From: the human T2T-CHM13v2.0 reference genome, Homo sapiens
Length of the DNA stretch: 64,000 bases
Strand: one strand, 5' to 3'
Assembly: GCF_009914755.1 (NCBI RefSeq)
Contig: NC_060926.1
In this document: piece by piece, positions 31,951-51,247 of the stretch
Numbering within the stretch: position 1 is the stretch's first letter
Layout of the letters: every line of letters starts with the position of its first letter
Notes under the pieces: generated by a model
Database searches by the model: none
Seen by the model: only the letters and a program-made list of their open reading frames with translations
What the model was told of the DNA's origin: nothing
Program-made: the position numbers and the translations under genes

Positions 31951-33270
31951 AGTACAGGGGTAGGGCTAGCTTCAGTAAGTGATGAATAAGACCTTGAATG
32001 AGGTCATTAAAATTCTGACCCATCCTCCTTTTATCTCAGCTGTCCCTCACTCTCATTGACCTAAATTGGGTCACGTGGTCATTGTTGACCCAATCTCTGA
32101 GGCCAAAGAAAACCAATCCTCTAGTAGACTTAGCCAGAACTTAGCCATATGCCCATGATTGAGCTTTGAGTAGAGCTTTGGGCTAAGAGGTGGGGACAAG
32201 ATAGTTCTCCAGAGGAAAATCAAATCCTCCTATCAAGATGCTGAATGTCCAAGATAATAAATGTACACAAATATAAAGTTATTTGAGAAAGTTATAATTA
32301 ACCTTCATTTCAGGCAGAATTCTCAGTGTTACCTCACTTATTTAGATTTCATAAAATTTGAAATCTACTTCTAAAAATATTCCGGAATTCTTAAGAATGT
32401 TAGGCTGATGTTTCTGAACATCCAGCGCAATACCTAGCACAGAGTGGTGGCTCAAGCAATATGTGTTAAATAAATAAAAGAATCAATTAATAAATAACAC
32501 AGTCTGTAAGAGGTCTAAGATAATGTATAAAAATGTCATATATAAAGACATATATTCACCAGGTCAAGAAACCCAGATATCTGCTTTACTCTAAAGTGTA
32601 ATTTATTATTTAATGAGTAAGCAAGTCGGACACAGCTTGTGTTGGCTTAAAGAAACATCTGTAGATTTTCGCCACCTCCTTTTTTATTTTTCCTTTAAAA
32701 GAAATAGTTCAGAATATGAGCCATGGCTTTAAATTCTTGTCTTCACTTACTCAAATAAATGTAATATGATCACATATGAACCCAAATTGTACTTTGGATT
32801 TATATTGATATATTATAGCATCCATGGCCATGATCAAATCAGAGCCTGACCTAAGCTGACACTACAGAAATGCTGACTACCAAGTAGAGTTTTGCCTGAG
32901 CCAAAAGCAATGATGCCTGTTTGTATTGGTCTTAAAGGGCAGAAATTTTCCTTACGAATATCTCTGGCAGACTAACTCTTGCAAGTTAGTTTGATTCCAT
33001 GACTTCTCTAACACTTATTCATGGCCACGAGAGCTAGAGAAGGCCATCACTCAAGGAATTTATAAGATCCAGTGTCAAATCATGAAGAGAAAGTGAACTC
33101 CTTGATATCAGAGTCAATATTTTATTTATTTTTCTCTCCTTCTAAAACAGGGCACAATCTCTGGTACAATGCTTCTCAAGAAATAATTCTTGAGTTGACA
33201 TACACACATACACACAAATATATATCTTTATGGCTTTATATGTTGATTCACATTCTGCCGGCTGTTAAGC

Positions 33271-34180
33271 TTTCTTTTTTTTTTTTTATTATACTTTAAG
33301 TTTTAGGGTACATGTGCACATTGTGCAGGTTAGTTACATATGTATACATGTGCCATGCTGGTGTGCTGCACCCACTAACTCGTCATCTAGCATTAGGTAT
33401 ATCTCCCAATGCTATCCCTCCCCCCTCCCCCTACCCCACCACAGTCCCCAGAGTGTGATATTCCCCTTCCTGTGTCCATGTGATCTCATTGTTCAATTCC
33501 CACCTGTGAGTGAGAATATGCGGTGTTTGGTTTTTTGTTCTTGCGATAGTTTACTGAGAATGATGATTTCCAATTTCATCCATGTCCCTACAAAGGACAT
33601 GAACTCATCATTTTTTATGGCTGCATAGTATTCCATGGTGCATATGTGCCACATTTTCTTAATCCAGTCTATCATTGTTGGACATTTGGGTTGGTTCCAA
33701 GTCTTTGCTATTGTGAATAATGCTGCAATAAACATACGTGTGCATGTGTCTTTATAGCACCATGATTTATAGTCCTTTGGGTATATACCCAGTAATGGGA
33801 AGGCTGGGTCAAATGTTATTTCTAGTTCTAGATCCCTGAGGAATCTCCACACTGACTTCCACAATGGTTGAACTAGTTTACAGTCCCACCAACAGTGTAA
33901 AAGTGTTCCTATTTCTCCACATCCTCTCCAGCACCTGTTGTTTCCTGACTTTTTAATGATTGCCATTCTAACTGGTGTGAGATGGTATCTCATTGTGGTT
34001 TTGATTTGCATTTCTCTGATGGCCAGTGATGATGAGCATTTTTTCATGTGTTTTTGGCTGCATAAATGTCTTCTTTTGAGAAGTGTCTGTTCATGTCCTT
34101 CGCCCACTTTTTCATGGGGTTGTTTGTTTTTTTCTTGTAAATTTGTTTGAGTTCATTGTAGATTCTGGATATTAGCCCTT
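33271..34180 (-). mobile_element. Young 5'-truncated L1 (L1PA2-like, ~0.9 kb): ORF2 C-terminus plus 3'UTR
   Basis: ORF 33493..34107 gives the L1 ORF2p C-terminus (...[44 protein letters not shown]...). The 3'UTR reads gatgacGAGttagtgggtg, not the Ta ACA. Poly(A) at ~33275-33290. Confidence 0.93.
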
Positions 34181-34342
34181 AGGCACAATCACTTACCAAA
34201 GGAAAACGTGGGGCAGATCTTCCCATACACACAGCTACCAAGAAGCTTACAAGGCAGGCGTGGGTTGGGGTAGATAAAGGATCAACTTTTACATTATGCA
34301 GTCTTTTCTTGTATACAATCTTCCCTATTCTTTGAAGAAGAA

Positions 34343-34553
34343 AACCTTGAAAAACTAAACTGTGTTCTTTTAGGTCAACATGGAAGATCAAATAAAAAAA
34401 TGAAATCTTTTTTCTTCAGGACACTCGCTGGAGTTTTCAGGGGAACCTGAGTGTTGCAGAGGGGGAGAATCAGGACAAGGCTAGCCAACTTTTCTCTGCA
34501 AGTGCTACCAGCCTGGGTTCTGTCACAGTCACCCAAATCTCCTTCCTCCATTT
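34343..34553 (+). repeat. Copy A of a ~215-bp diverged local direct duplication
   Basis: Aligns colinearly with 37507-37726. Confidence 0.88.
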
Positions 34554-36358
34554 GAAGAAAAATAGGAAAGCAGCAAAAATTCTCTCTAAATATATATCAA
34601 CTTAGCAAGATAATAAAGATAGTAGAAACCAAAACAAATAAACAATTCCTGTCATTGGAAGCATTATTTGTGTAAATTCCACATTAGACTCAGCACTAAT
34701 CTTATTTTGCCAACATCTCATAGATAGCCATTCTCAATATATGCTTTAAGCTAATTTCAGAAGTATTTTTTCATTGTCTAGGAAAAAAAAGATTCTTGAT
34801 TTATCATCTGTACTTCTACTAAATTTTTTTAAAGTTAAAAAGGAATTTATGTTTTCCTTCTTGATTTCATGATACTTTAGGGAAAGTTTATAGCAAAATA
34901 CTAGCTTCAGATGTTCTTATCTGTATACTCTTACTGTCTCAGAAACAAATTCTATGTCTAAAAGAATCAGCTTAAGGCACTGGTTCACTGATACATAACT
35001 CAATATCTCCTCAATCTTTATGTTATAATTCAGTAGATAGAACCCAAATAAGCAAGTAAGAAATTAAGGCACTGAGGGCGAACAGCTCTAGGGAGTAAAA
35101 TATGAAGCACACAAATAAGAGATACAGCAAGTTTCAGATTTTAAGGTTTGAAAGGTTTGAAGAAAGGATTGCTTCTCAGATATGTTCCAAAGAGGAGTTG
35201 ATAATTTCATAGTATTTCATAGCTATTTATTGATTTTGCTTAAGTCCAAAATGTGGTACAGATAATATTTTATTTATTATTATCTACATTTCCTGGTTTT
35301 TTTTCCTTCTACTCAGTCTCCCACTATTCAGATATTTTGGGGCCTATGTACTTAAAATCCTGGCTCATTCTGAGGACCCGAAGGCCTGGATCATTCTGGT
35401 AATTTTTTTACTCCACATCTGCAAATCCTAATCAATGATTACCTGCACCATGAGAAAAATCTCTTCACTGGTCTTTCTGCCTCCAGTGTCTCCCTGCTGA
35501 GATCTCCTCTTCTCTCTGCCACCATTTACTCCCCAGATCTGATCATGTAGTCTCTGCTTAAATGTCCCCAGCAACTCCCTACTGCCTTCAGGTCAGGGCA
35601 TTCCTGGACCTTCACAATCTGACTCCAACATATATTCCACTCTCATTTTCTCTTGGCCTTCGCACAAGTGACCCTGACCCACACCTATGAAGTGAAATAT
35701 AAAACCAAACAATAGCTCTCTTCCTTTCAATCATTAATTTTTAAAAATCAATTATTGCCATGACAGCTAGTCAAACTTTTCAGGTCAACCTTTGCATTTG
35801 AAATATATTCTCTTTCTTGGTTATTTAGCATTAAATTTCAAAAAATTTGCCTTAATGTAAACCTGCCACTTGTCGTACTTATGTCAAATTAGCAAATACT
35901 TCCTAAATGTCCAATATCCAATATGAATATCCAGCACCGATTTTGTTCTATGGAAATGTGAAGAGGAAAGACATTCATTTCTTAACTGTTGAGATTATAA
36001 GAGAACAAAACTCTCATTACACTCCAGGATACCAGACTGTTGGTTCACATTGTCAAAGGTGAAACTCTTCCATTAGGTGCCTGGTAATGAAAGAGTTAAG
36101 AGTAAAGTGTTTAACACAGGAGTTCCAGAAAAACACATTTTCCATAAACCTTTGCTGACAATATATCAAATCATTGGTAAAATGGGACAATAAAATAACT
36201 GTTTTAGTAACCCAATCTTTGCATTAGTTTGTCTACCTTTGAGAAAGAAATACTAACATTAACTGCTTTCATAAAGCAAAAGAGTATCTCAAATCTCTGA
36301 CTTATTATTTAAAATACAATAATGCCAAGTTCATCATATATTATTACAGTGGATTTTA

Positions 36359-37425
<1,067 letters not shown>

Positions 37426-37506
37426 ATAAAAATAACAGAATAGTCTATACATAATCTTGAAGTTAGGTTTTCAATATTTATGTTCCTTAAAGTGAAGGTG
37501 TTTGAG

Positions 37507-37726
37507 AACCTTGAAAAAGTAAACTGTGCTCTTTTAGGTCGACATGGGGGGATGATTAAAAAAAATGAAATCTTTTTTCTTCAAAAGACTTGCTGGAGTT
37601 TGCAGGGGAACTTGAGTGTTGCACAGGCGAAAAATCCAGACAAGCCTAGCCAACTTTTCTCTGCAAGTGCTCCCAGCCTGGGTTCTCTCACAGTCATCCA
37701 AATCTCCTAATCTCCTCCCTCCATTT
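37507..37726 (+). repeat. Copy B of the ~215-bp diverged local direct duplication
   Basis: Shared blocks aaaaaaatgaaatcttttttcttca, ctagccaacttttctctgcaagtgct and ccagcctgggttct. Confidence 0.88.
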
Positions 37727-39640
37727 CGGATGGCTCTTCCCTCCTTCCCACAACAGCAGTGTGCACCAGCCCACAGGGTGTAGGCTCATACCCTGTTTTG
37801 CTCCTGGCACTTCAAGAGGAGTTCACACTCTCTGGGGTTTAGAGACCATATTTTGAGATACCACTTTTTTGTTAGCTGAGAATCTCCATTTGCTGGGCAA
37901 AATGTTCAGGAACACTGATTCAATGTCTCTAAGATCAGACCTAAACAGATATTTAGTAACTGCATGAATCCTGAGAAGGGAAGACTACTATACTCTGAGT
38001 AACTGTATGCTATAACTGTATTTTAAGGGCTGCATCAGTATTTTAAAGCCTGCTAGGATGAACTTGAAGCTTCATCCGTACAAGGACAAGACTCTTGTTC
38101 CAGTTCATAATTCCCATGAAGTGGCTTCTGTGGTCTACCTTCCCTTTCAACATTTGGCATTTTCCTGGGTTTCTTTTACAGTTAATCTCAATTAAATTAC
38201 TTCAGGAGGCTGTATGTGGGTGAATGTGGGGGTGTGGGAAGAGAGAGTTAATTTTGTAGTTGAATAAATTCCACTTAGAACTTTATAAAGCTTTCCCCCC
38301 AAGTCTCACATCAAGCTCACAGCACAGAAATCATAGCCCACCATGTTGCTTTTCTTTCAGTCTGCTCCTGTGTGGGACTCTAAAGACAGCAATAGGATCT
38401 GTAAATAGGTAACTGCTGTTTGAGCAATAATCCTACCATTGTATAAGTTATTTACTTAACAAACCAGAGTTCCAGGATAAATATGATTATAATAAACAAA
38501 ATACACTCCCTGCCAAGTAACGGCAATGAATCACCATTTACAAGTTTGATAGAGTAAGTGTGGGCTGTTCATTTTGTCAGTATCTGTATGTGATTTGGCA
38601 GTTAATACTTTAGATTTCTCATTGCTCAATTTAAAGCTTATTCTTAATTCAATTGATCGATTAATTATGTGAAATTCAACAGCCCTCTCACAATATCATT
38701 ATATTTGTGCTGCTATTCATAAAGTGACTAGTGTTTCTGAAGCTAATTTTTCTGATAAATTTGAGAAAACAGATTAGAGGCTGTTTTACTTTTAAACAAG
38801 TTCCTTCAGTGCATGTAGGAGACAGACTGTGCATGCTCATAAAATGAAAAGGCCTGTAGCCAAGCAGGCAAGCAGGTATTAGCAGCTGTACAATGGCTAC
38901 CTTGCAAGTAAACAACCATATTCAATAAAAATACCTGGATGAGTTGTAAATGAGCTTAATACAGATTAGAATAGACCAAAAAAAAAAAAGTCTTGGCATG
39001 ATTCCCAGTATGCATCCTAGGGAAGCCCAGGGTAAAGGCAGAAGCAGTAATCAGAGTTAAAAGTAGAATCTGAATAACTACTCTGAGTAACAGAGAATAC
39101 TGAATAGTATAGAAAACTGAAAAACAGCCTCCATGGCCCAAGCCTCTTCTATCTGGAAATAAGATTCACAGAAGAGTAGAAAGGATAAGAAATCTCATCC
39201 CACAACTATTCATAGGGAAGCTACCACATGCACTGTGTAGGACAGCCACGGAAATGGCCAAACACAGAGAAAGTAGAGACAGGCATTGACTAACACAAGG
39301 CCCAGGGTTGTTTTGGGAGCCCTGGACAAATGCAAATGCTCATCCTGATTAACACACCCTGAATCCCAAAGAGGATCCATGAACCAACCGGGACCTACTA
39401 AGGATCCAAAGAGGATGGTAGAATGCTTAGCCTCAACTGGTCTCTGAACCTTAATTAGAAAAGCCCCAGAACTTTCATATGCAGGGAGTCTTGCACTGTG
39501 GCTCCTTAGCCAGGATCACCTCCCCTTGGGACTCACATAGTCACAGGCTAATCCATAGATCCCACACTTTTCCCCAACAAGAACATCTTTTTGTTATTTT
39601 TTTCCTTATAGATACTATGTTTTAAAATCTCCACCTATCT

Positions 39641-39738
39641 GGCAGTAAGCCAAGATTGCGCCATTGCACTCCAGCCTGGACAACAAGAGCGAAACTCCGT
39701 CTCAAAAAACAAAACAAAACAAAACAAACAAACAAAAA
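39641..39738 (+). mobile_element. Severely 5'-truncated Alu with (CAAAA)n tail
   Basis: Only the last ~60 bp of the right arm; TSD ctccacctatct on both sides. Confidence 0.85.
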
Positions 39739-39778
39739 CTCCACCTATCTCTAATTTTCTTTTGTTGTCAACGTTCTA

Positions 39779-39958
39779 TTTTATTTATTTTTAATTGATA
39801 AATAAAAAGTGTACATATTTATCATGAACAACATGTTGCTTCAAAACATATATACATTTTAGCATGGCTAAACTGAGCTAATTAACATATGCATTCTCCT
39901 ACATATTTATCATTTCTGTCGTGAGAACACTTAAAATCTACTCTCAGCAAGTCTCAAT
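39779..39958 (-). mobile_element. L1MA 3'-end fragment
   Basis: gagctaattaacatatgcatt...gtgagaacacttaaaatctactctc motif. Confidence 0.75.
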
Positions 39959-39959
39959 A

Positions 39960-43668
<3,709 letters not shown>

Positions 43669-45183
43669 TATTGATAAAATTCCCACCAAAAGCACACAAA
43701 ATATCTTGTTCTATTTAATCTACATAGACTTGTTCTGGTTAAGCATGTTGTCTCTCTTAGTCTTTTTGAATTATGTAATTACTCATGGCCCTCCACCTTT
43801 TACCAACACCTCAACTCTTACCCACCACTACTTACCACCACTTCTCAGACTGCGAGGGGTCAGGAGTTCCTGTGTTGGAAATTGTTGGGCTAAATAGCCA
43901 CGAATTTGCAAAGGTCCAGAAAACAAGAGTAGTTTAGCTGCAGTGAATGTCATTGTGAGACATCATTTTACCATATTGATTTATATATAAAATTTTCAAG
44001 GTAGTGCTTTTGCTTTTAAACTGATTGCCTCAAATTGCCCCCTTAGTGCAAAGTTGTATTTGTTCTGAGGCATGACACAACAAATCACAGGCAGTACCCA
44101 AGAGACCACACAAACCAACTACCCCTCCACTCCCTCCACACTCAAGGTGGGGCCCTTGCCTCACCCTGCCAGCTGGAGGCCATGTCCTGAGATCCTTGGG
44201 GGAAGGAGCAACCAGAGGCAGATCTGTTGGGGCAGGATGCTCAGGGGCATGCCATGGAAGGAGCTTGAGACTTGGAGCCAGAAGACCTAGGTTTAAGGCC
44301 CAGCTCTGACTATAACACCTACCATAAATGCGATGTTGAGCAAAATAATTAACATCAGCCAAAAGGGAGTAATAGGGATCTTAGCCCCAGCTCCCTATCT
44401 CCAAGAGATGTCAGAAAGACCAGAATACCTAAGGAATTGGCCATTCAACACAGCAACCTGATCAGTTCTCAACCTGCTCCATGATGTGTCTGGGAACATA
44501 AAATCACTCCTCAACACACGTTGTCTCTTCTTTATATAATTTTGCTTTATTTTCTCCTAAACTCTTTTGGGAAATTCAATGTCTTCTAAGACATCTATGT
44601 ATTTATCTTAACCTACCGTCTTAGGGAACCACAGAAAAAGATGGGTGGAATGTTATTTGAGAGAGTGAGATGTTGACAGAGAGGAAAAAGGAAAGCGCCT
44701 GTTTTACTTGGCAGATTGAAGTGTGAAAAACTGAGTATCGAACCATAATAAAGAATGTTCTTTTACATTTTTTGTTCTTGCTCTCCCAGAACATATTGCT
44801 AAAATTTTCCATGTCTGGTCTATTTTGAACTTGGCTGTATTTTGGTATTTGTGTGACAATGTCAGAATTGCAGCCCATCATTTCACATTCTGCGAGTGAC
44901 ACCAGATCTATTTTTCATTCAGGTTCAAAAAAAAAGCTCACATTATTTTCATTGTTTGGAACCAAGGCCAGAAAGCCACCCCTGTGCTCTTGATGTAGTT
45001 TAAGCAAAGCGTTTCACTTATCAACTGCTCACAGATCTTCCCTAATTGAAAAAATGCTGAGAAGAACAGGTCTCTAAAGATTTCCCATCACAGAGGGTCT
45101 ACCACAGATAGGTGGCTATTTGAAAACTGTCTTGGATTGGAAATTTATTAATTTATTTCAGGACTTTAAAAATTAAGGAATAT

Positions 45184-45480
45184 GGCCAGGTGCAGTGGCT
45201 CACGCCTGTAATCCCAGCACTTTGGTAGGCCGAAGTGTGTGGATCACCTGAGGTCAGAAGTTTAAGACTAGCCTGGCCAACATGGTGAAACCCTGTCTCT
45301 ACTAAAAGTACAAAAATTAGCTGGGTTTGGTTGCCAGCGCCTGTAACTCCAGCTACTCAGGAGGCTGAGGCAGGAGAATCGCTTGAACCCAAGAGGTGGG
45401 AGGTTGCAGTGAGTTGAAATCGCACTATTGCACTCCAGCCTGGGTGACAAGAGAAGGATTCCATCTTAAAAAAAAAAAAA
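45184..45480 (+). mobile_element. AluS element
   Basis: Full dimer with poly(A). Confidence 0.92.
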
Positions 45481-45856
45481 TTTAAGGGATACTTTTATTA
45501 AATATTTATATTTTAATATCTTTTTGATACTTCTCGGAGCTTCAATTTTCTGAAAGTTTAGGCTGCTGGTGAACTGTGTGGACTAGTTACTATGCCCCTA
45601 AAATATTTGTGAGGCATCTCTTTACACATTTCAACAGAAGAACGTTGTACGTGCTTTTACAGCACTCTAATTAGAGTGATCATACATCACAGTTTGGGAG
45701 TGACCTGGCTTCTGCCTGTTGAACCACCTCCTTTTGCTCACAGTTGGATGATACACTATATGGTCACTCTACCTCTAATGCACTTAGTTATAAATGTCAA
45801 CCCTGGGGGAGACATGAAAGACACACAACTGATTAAAAACAGAAATTTCATAATAA

Positions 45857-46165
<309 letters not shown>

Positions 46166-47277
46166 TCTTGGCAAGAAGATATGACTCTTTTCTTGTGAAA
46201 TCTACTTTCTAAGTTGATTTAAATTTACTTTCTCTCTTTTCTTTCCAAAAACCTATAATGGGAAGAGCAAGAACACTTTAACTTTGCCTTGATCTCCAAG
46301 GTGAATAGAAGATCCTGTATACCCCAGACAGGATGCAGATTCATCTGTCACTCAATACAAGGGGCACTTCCAGGAAAGTTTCTCTTTTTCCAAGAAATAG
46401 AGAAAAAGGCTATAGATTTATTTTCTGAAGAGGAGCCTCAACCAGCCAAAAGACACTGACATAAACACTAGGTGCAATGCAAAAGACAAAAGGACATATC
46501 ATATGAAGACAGGCAGAAATTGGTAACTGTGAGTATTACCAATATTTTTCTTTGACCTCCAACCTCAGGGATTAATAGATAAGGAGTTACTAGGAGAAGC
46601 TAAAAATTTTAGAGTGAAAAAGGAAAGAATGACAATTAGGATAAAAGGAAGGATGTAGGAGTGAAAGGGAAGGTTGGAAGGGAGGAGGGAAGAGTGCTAG
46701 CAGCTGGGTTTGGAGTTGTTAAATATGTTTAAGAGACAGAGTTTAGGGGACATGCTGCTTAGGATGCCTCCAAAAGTAGTGGCAGAAATATGAGCTTAGG
46801 GTTTCTTAAAAGGGAAAAGACTTATCATCACACATGGAAACTCCACAGTAAGGAGGTAGGGTTAGGTGATTCAGATTCCAAAGGCTCTTCAAGGACGTCC
46901 ATCCATCCCTCTGCTCTGCCATGCCTACCAGTCTAAAGGTGTGTGGTGCACCAGCAGGCTGGCTTGCTTCCATCAGGTTCCAGCAGAAGCAGTTCTGTTT
47001 CTTCTCCTGTGTCTTCTTTCTAATTAGTGAGAACCATCCTCCTCAGAAGCTTCTCGGCAGCCTCCTCACATCCCATTGACCTGGCTGGAACTGCATTTCC
47101 TACTTATGCTTACACAATTCCCTGGCAAGGAAAATAAGACCACCAGATAGCCTAGACCCACCATAATTCACCCACCTGTGGCTCAGAATTAGGTTCCCCT
47201 ACCTGGGAACCCATCGTAGTGAGGTGTAGTGTAGATTCCTATTAAAAAGAAAGAAGAGGAATAAAGGGTGTTTGGTA

Positions 47278-47670
47278 TGTGTGATTGCTGAATTGTTTTC
47301 CCCCACAAAACCAGTATGTTGAAGTTCCTAACCAGCACCCCAATACCACATAATATAATCAGGGCTGGTCTTTAAAGTGGTAATTAACATAAAATGAAGT
47401 CACATGAGTGAACTCTAATCCAATATGACTGGTGTCCTTAGAAGAAGAGAAGATTAGGACACAGACAGGTACAGAAGGAAAACAATGTGAAGACACAGGA
47501 ACAAGATGGCCAGTGGCACACCAAGGAGACAGGCCTTAGAAGCAACAACCATGCTGACACCTTGATGGTGGACATCTAGCCTCTAGAACCGTGAGGAAAT
47601 ACATTTCTGTTGTTTAAGCCATTTTAGTCTCTGGTATTTTGTTATTCCAGCCCTAGCAAACTTGCATAAC
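47278..47670 (+). mobile_element. MaLR LTR (MLT1-like)
   Basis: ctaatccaatatgactggtgtcctt...gaaatacatttctgttgtttaagcca...gccctagcaaact. Confidence 0.8.
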
Positions 47671-47849
47671 ATGCAACCAGGAACTTCTATAATTGAAGAA
47701 ATCGGAGCTGGGAAAGGATTTTTAAGATGTTTTGCTAGGCTAAACATTGTTTATCAACAACTGCTAACATTACAAAAGGAGAGCCAAGCAGACATTATAT
47801 ATCTCCTGGCAGAGGCATACTACACTACAACTAATAAAGCCATATTACC

Positions 47850-48120
47850 AAAAGAAGAAAGGAAGGAAAAAAGGAAGAAAGGAAGGAAGGAGGGAGGGCG
47901 GAAGGAGGGAGAGAGTGAGGAAGGGAGGAAGGAAGGAGGGAGAGAGGGAGGGAAGGAGGGAAGGAAGAAGGAAGGGAGGAGGAAGGGAGGAAGAAAGGAA
48001 GGAGGGAGGGAGAGAGGAAGGAAGAAAGAAGGGAGAGAGGGAGGAGGGAAGGAGGGAGGGAGGGAAGGGAGGGAGGGAGGAAGGAAGGAAGGAAGGAAGG
48101 AAGGAAGGAAGGAAGGAAGG
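47850..48120 (+). repeat. Polypurine GGAA/GGGA microsatellite ending in (GGAA)10
   Basis: ~270 bp almost purely A/G; perfect GGAA run at 48079-48118. Confidence 0.95.
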
Positions 48121-50947
48121 TAGGTTGACTCCGAATTTAACCAAGACACTAGATCCAACTACCAATTTACAGAAATAGATAGTTACAGAGAAAAATGTTA
48201 GCTACTGGAATGCAATCAGCAAAATCCATATTGTGGGAAGCATTACAGGGCAAATATTCTTGGATTGAGGGACTGTCTAGGACATGAGACTTTCAGTGCT
48301 AACACAGGAAAAGTCCTAGGCAAACCAGGACAAGTTGGGCATGTTAGCCTTCTCTTTAACAGACAAATCACAAGAGAAAAAAAGAGAGAACAAAGGAATC
48401 TATACTTTAAAAATATTTAACGATGTATCAGCCAATCATAAGTGGACCTTGTTCTGAACAAATAAACTTATAAAATTTTATGAAGCAATTAAATTATCGT
48501 TAATTTTTAATGCAAAAATAGTTTTTCAATTTTTTTTAAAAGAGTGAATCCTTCTGTTTTAGAGATATATAACTTAAATATTTGTGGATAAAGTTGAATG
48601 ACGTTTGAAATTTGCTTCACGATAACATGGGAGGAGGAGGAGGAATGGGTAGGAGTGGAGATGAAATAGGATCGTCCAGAAGTGAATGGTTGTACAACTG
48701 GGGGATGGGTTTACTATACTATTTTATCTAATCTGCACAGGATGAAGCTTTCCATAATTTTTCTTAAAACAGTATCTTTTAAAGATTTTTTTTCAATATA
48801 TTAAGAATACATTCTCCAATTTGGTTTTTTCTTCAGAGGTTGAGTATCTAAATCAACCTATTTGTTGTTGGGTTATGTTTTTTTGAAGACATCCAGGCCA
48901 AAAGGCAGCCCTGATGATATTTGGAATTATATTTGAAAAAGTACATGAAATGATAATCAGGATTTAATAGAGTCCTGAGAACTGATTCTATTTTATTTAT
49001 TCCAGCATAGCTGAACTAAGAAGGTAGGATTTCAGCAGCTTCTTGAAGGAAGGATGCAAGTCCTATTTATAATAATTTGCCTTCCTATTTGTCCATTGCA
49101 CTCCTAGCTAATACCATTATCAATTTCATTTAGAAAACATATATTCTGGTAATTTTTAAAATACAAGCAATTCACTTTGCAAATAATAGGAATCAAGAAA
49201 TCACCCTGAAGTGTGTTCTGCATGGTATTAATAGCTGTCACGGGATAAGGGCTCTGTCAAATAAATTTAAAAATCACTAAATTAAACAAAATCTGGGAAA
49301 ATACTTTTCATTCCCTGCACTCGAATATATACCGTGAGTCTCTTAGTAGGACATCGTTTACCCTCTATCTTGCAGTCTAGAAGAAATGGTGCTTCATGAT
49401 GCACATGCTGGGAAGCACTGACTTGTTTTCAAGTTTACATATTTCTTAGTCAAATCAAAGCTTTACATGACCATATTTCAGACCAGACCAATCTGGACTC
49501 AATATCTAAATAAAGAGAATATGTAGTAAAAATTAACACCAGTTGGGAGAAGGTTAGGGCTCTTAATCTTCTCCACAACTCCCAGCTGAACTCCAGGTAA
49601 TGAAAGCGCCTTTCTCAGCTTTCCTGCCAGCACTCGTTCAATCCCTGCTGCAAGCTGAAAACCGTGCTAGGTGTTTTGAATAGAGTATCTCATTTAATCC
49701 TCACGGCAATCTTCTGATTTAGGTATTACTAACTCATTTTGACAGACTAGGAAACTGTGGCTTGAAGACATCAGGCAGCTTGCCCTAAACTTTCCACCTA
49801 GTAAGTGTAGAAGCTGAGATTCCACCAAGTTCAATACTTTACTTTCTTCTAACTCGCATGAGGACCCCTTTATCAGTTAAATTCCTCAATCCCCAAACCC
49901 TAACCCCCTCCACCCTTCCACATCTTTTCCACCTATCCTTTTCCTGATGCAAGTGTTTGTATAGCAGCATGGCAATTTTTCCTGGATTGATTCAGGTGTA
50001 GAGATTCCAATTTTTTCCCAAAATACCGAGTACCCTGAATCACTATTATTGCCCCACCTGACAGGGTAATTTAAAAAGCACCTTAAAGCACATTTCAATC
50101 TCTCTACAAAGAGATCTGGAATACAGAATGCTTCACCAGTCCAGGCAAACGGGGTTCTGGAATTACCTTTATTTGACCTGATTACACCAGCTGCCCTCTC
50201 CTTCCTCCCCTCTCCCCATGCTGCCATGGTTATTTTGGTGCACACGGATTGGAGATAGGGAAAAGTAACATGTTCTACTTTAAGGAAGGAAATTGTTGGC
50301 CATAGTCAGGACTCAGAAGATGCAGGGACAGAACGTGGAGTGTTGCAGAATCTCCAAACATTTCTCCCTGTGGCAGAAGCCCTGGATAACTTTGTAGCTG
50401 CAATTCTAGAGGATATTTTGGCATATGATTTACAGGCTCAGGCAGCATAAATGGACCTTAAATATCATCTAGTCCATCTAGTTGAGATAAGCTCAGGGAA
50501 TTTCAGTGACAAAAGCAGGGTCACTGTGGCTACGGAGCAGGACTTCATACTCCCATTCCAGTCCTTCTGTAATGAGGGCCTTCCTTTCCCATATTAATTA
50601 TTTTCTACAAGAAATGCTATTGCTTTAAACATGTTCATCTACATTAGCCTTGTAATATAATAGCTATGAACACAGGCTTTGCAGCCAGATTGCTGAGGTT
50701 GGGACCCTGGCTTCATCATTCCCTCATTTTATGACCTTGGACAAACTTCTTAACCTCTCTGAATCTCAGTTCCCTGGTTGTAAAATTGGGGTAATAATAG
50801 ATTCTACCTAATAGACCTGTTGTGAAAATGAAATGAGATTAACCATGTAAGGCATTTAAAACAGGACCTGGCACCTAACAAGTGCCCAGCAAATGTTAGA
50901 TATTATTCCTTACACCATCCATTGAAACCATTATTTTTTAAAATTAT

Positions 50948-51244
<297 letters not shown>

Positions 51245-51247
51245 AAA

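Noticed and set aside
33493-34107. 204-aa ORF, the longest in the window
   Set aside because: It is the L1 ORF2p C-terminus in a 5'-truncated element with no promoter, endonuclease or RT domain.
33271-34180. Active L1HS-Ta insertion
   Set aside because: The 3'UTR diagnostic trinucleotide reads GAG rather than ACA or ACG.
47662-48178. ORFs of 87-153 aa rich in E/G/R/K or P/S/F/L
   Set aside because: They are produced by the GGAA polypurine microsatellite.
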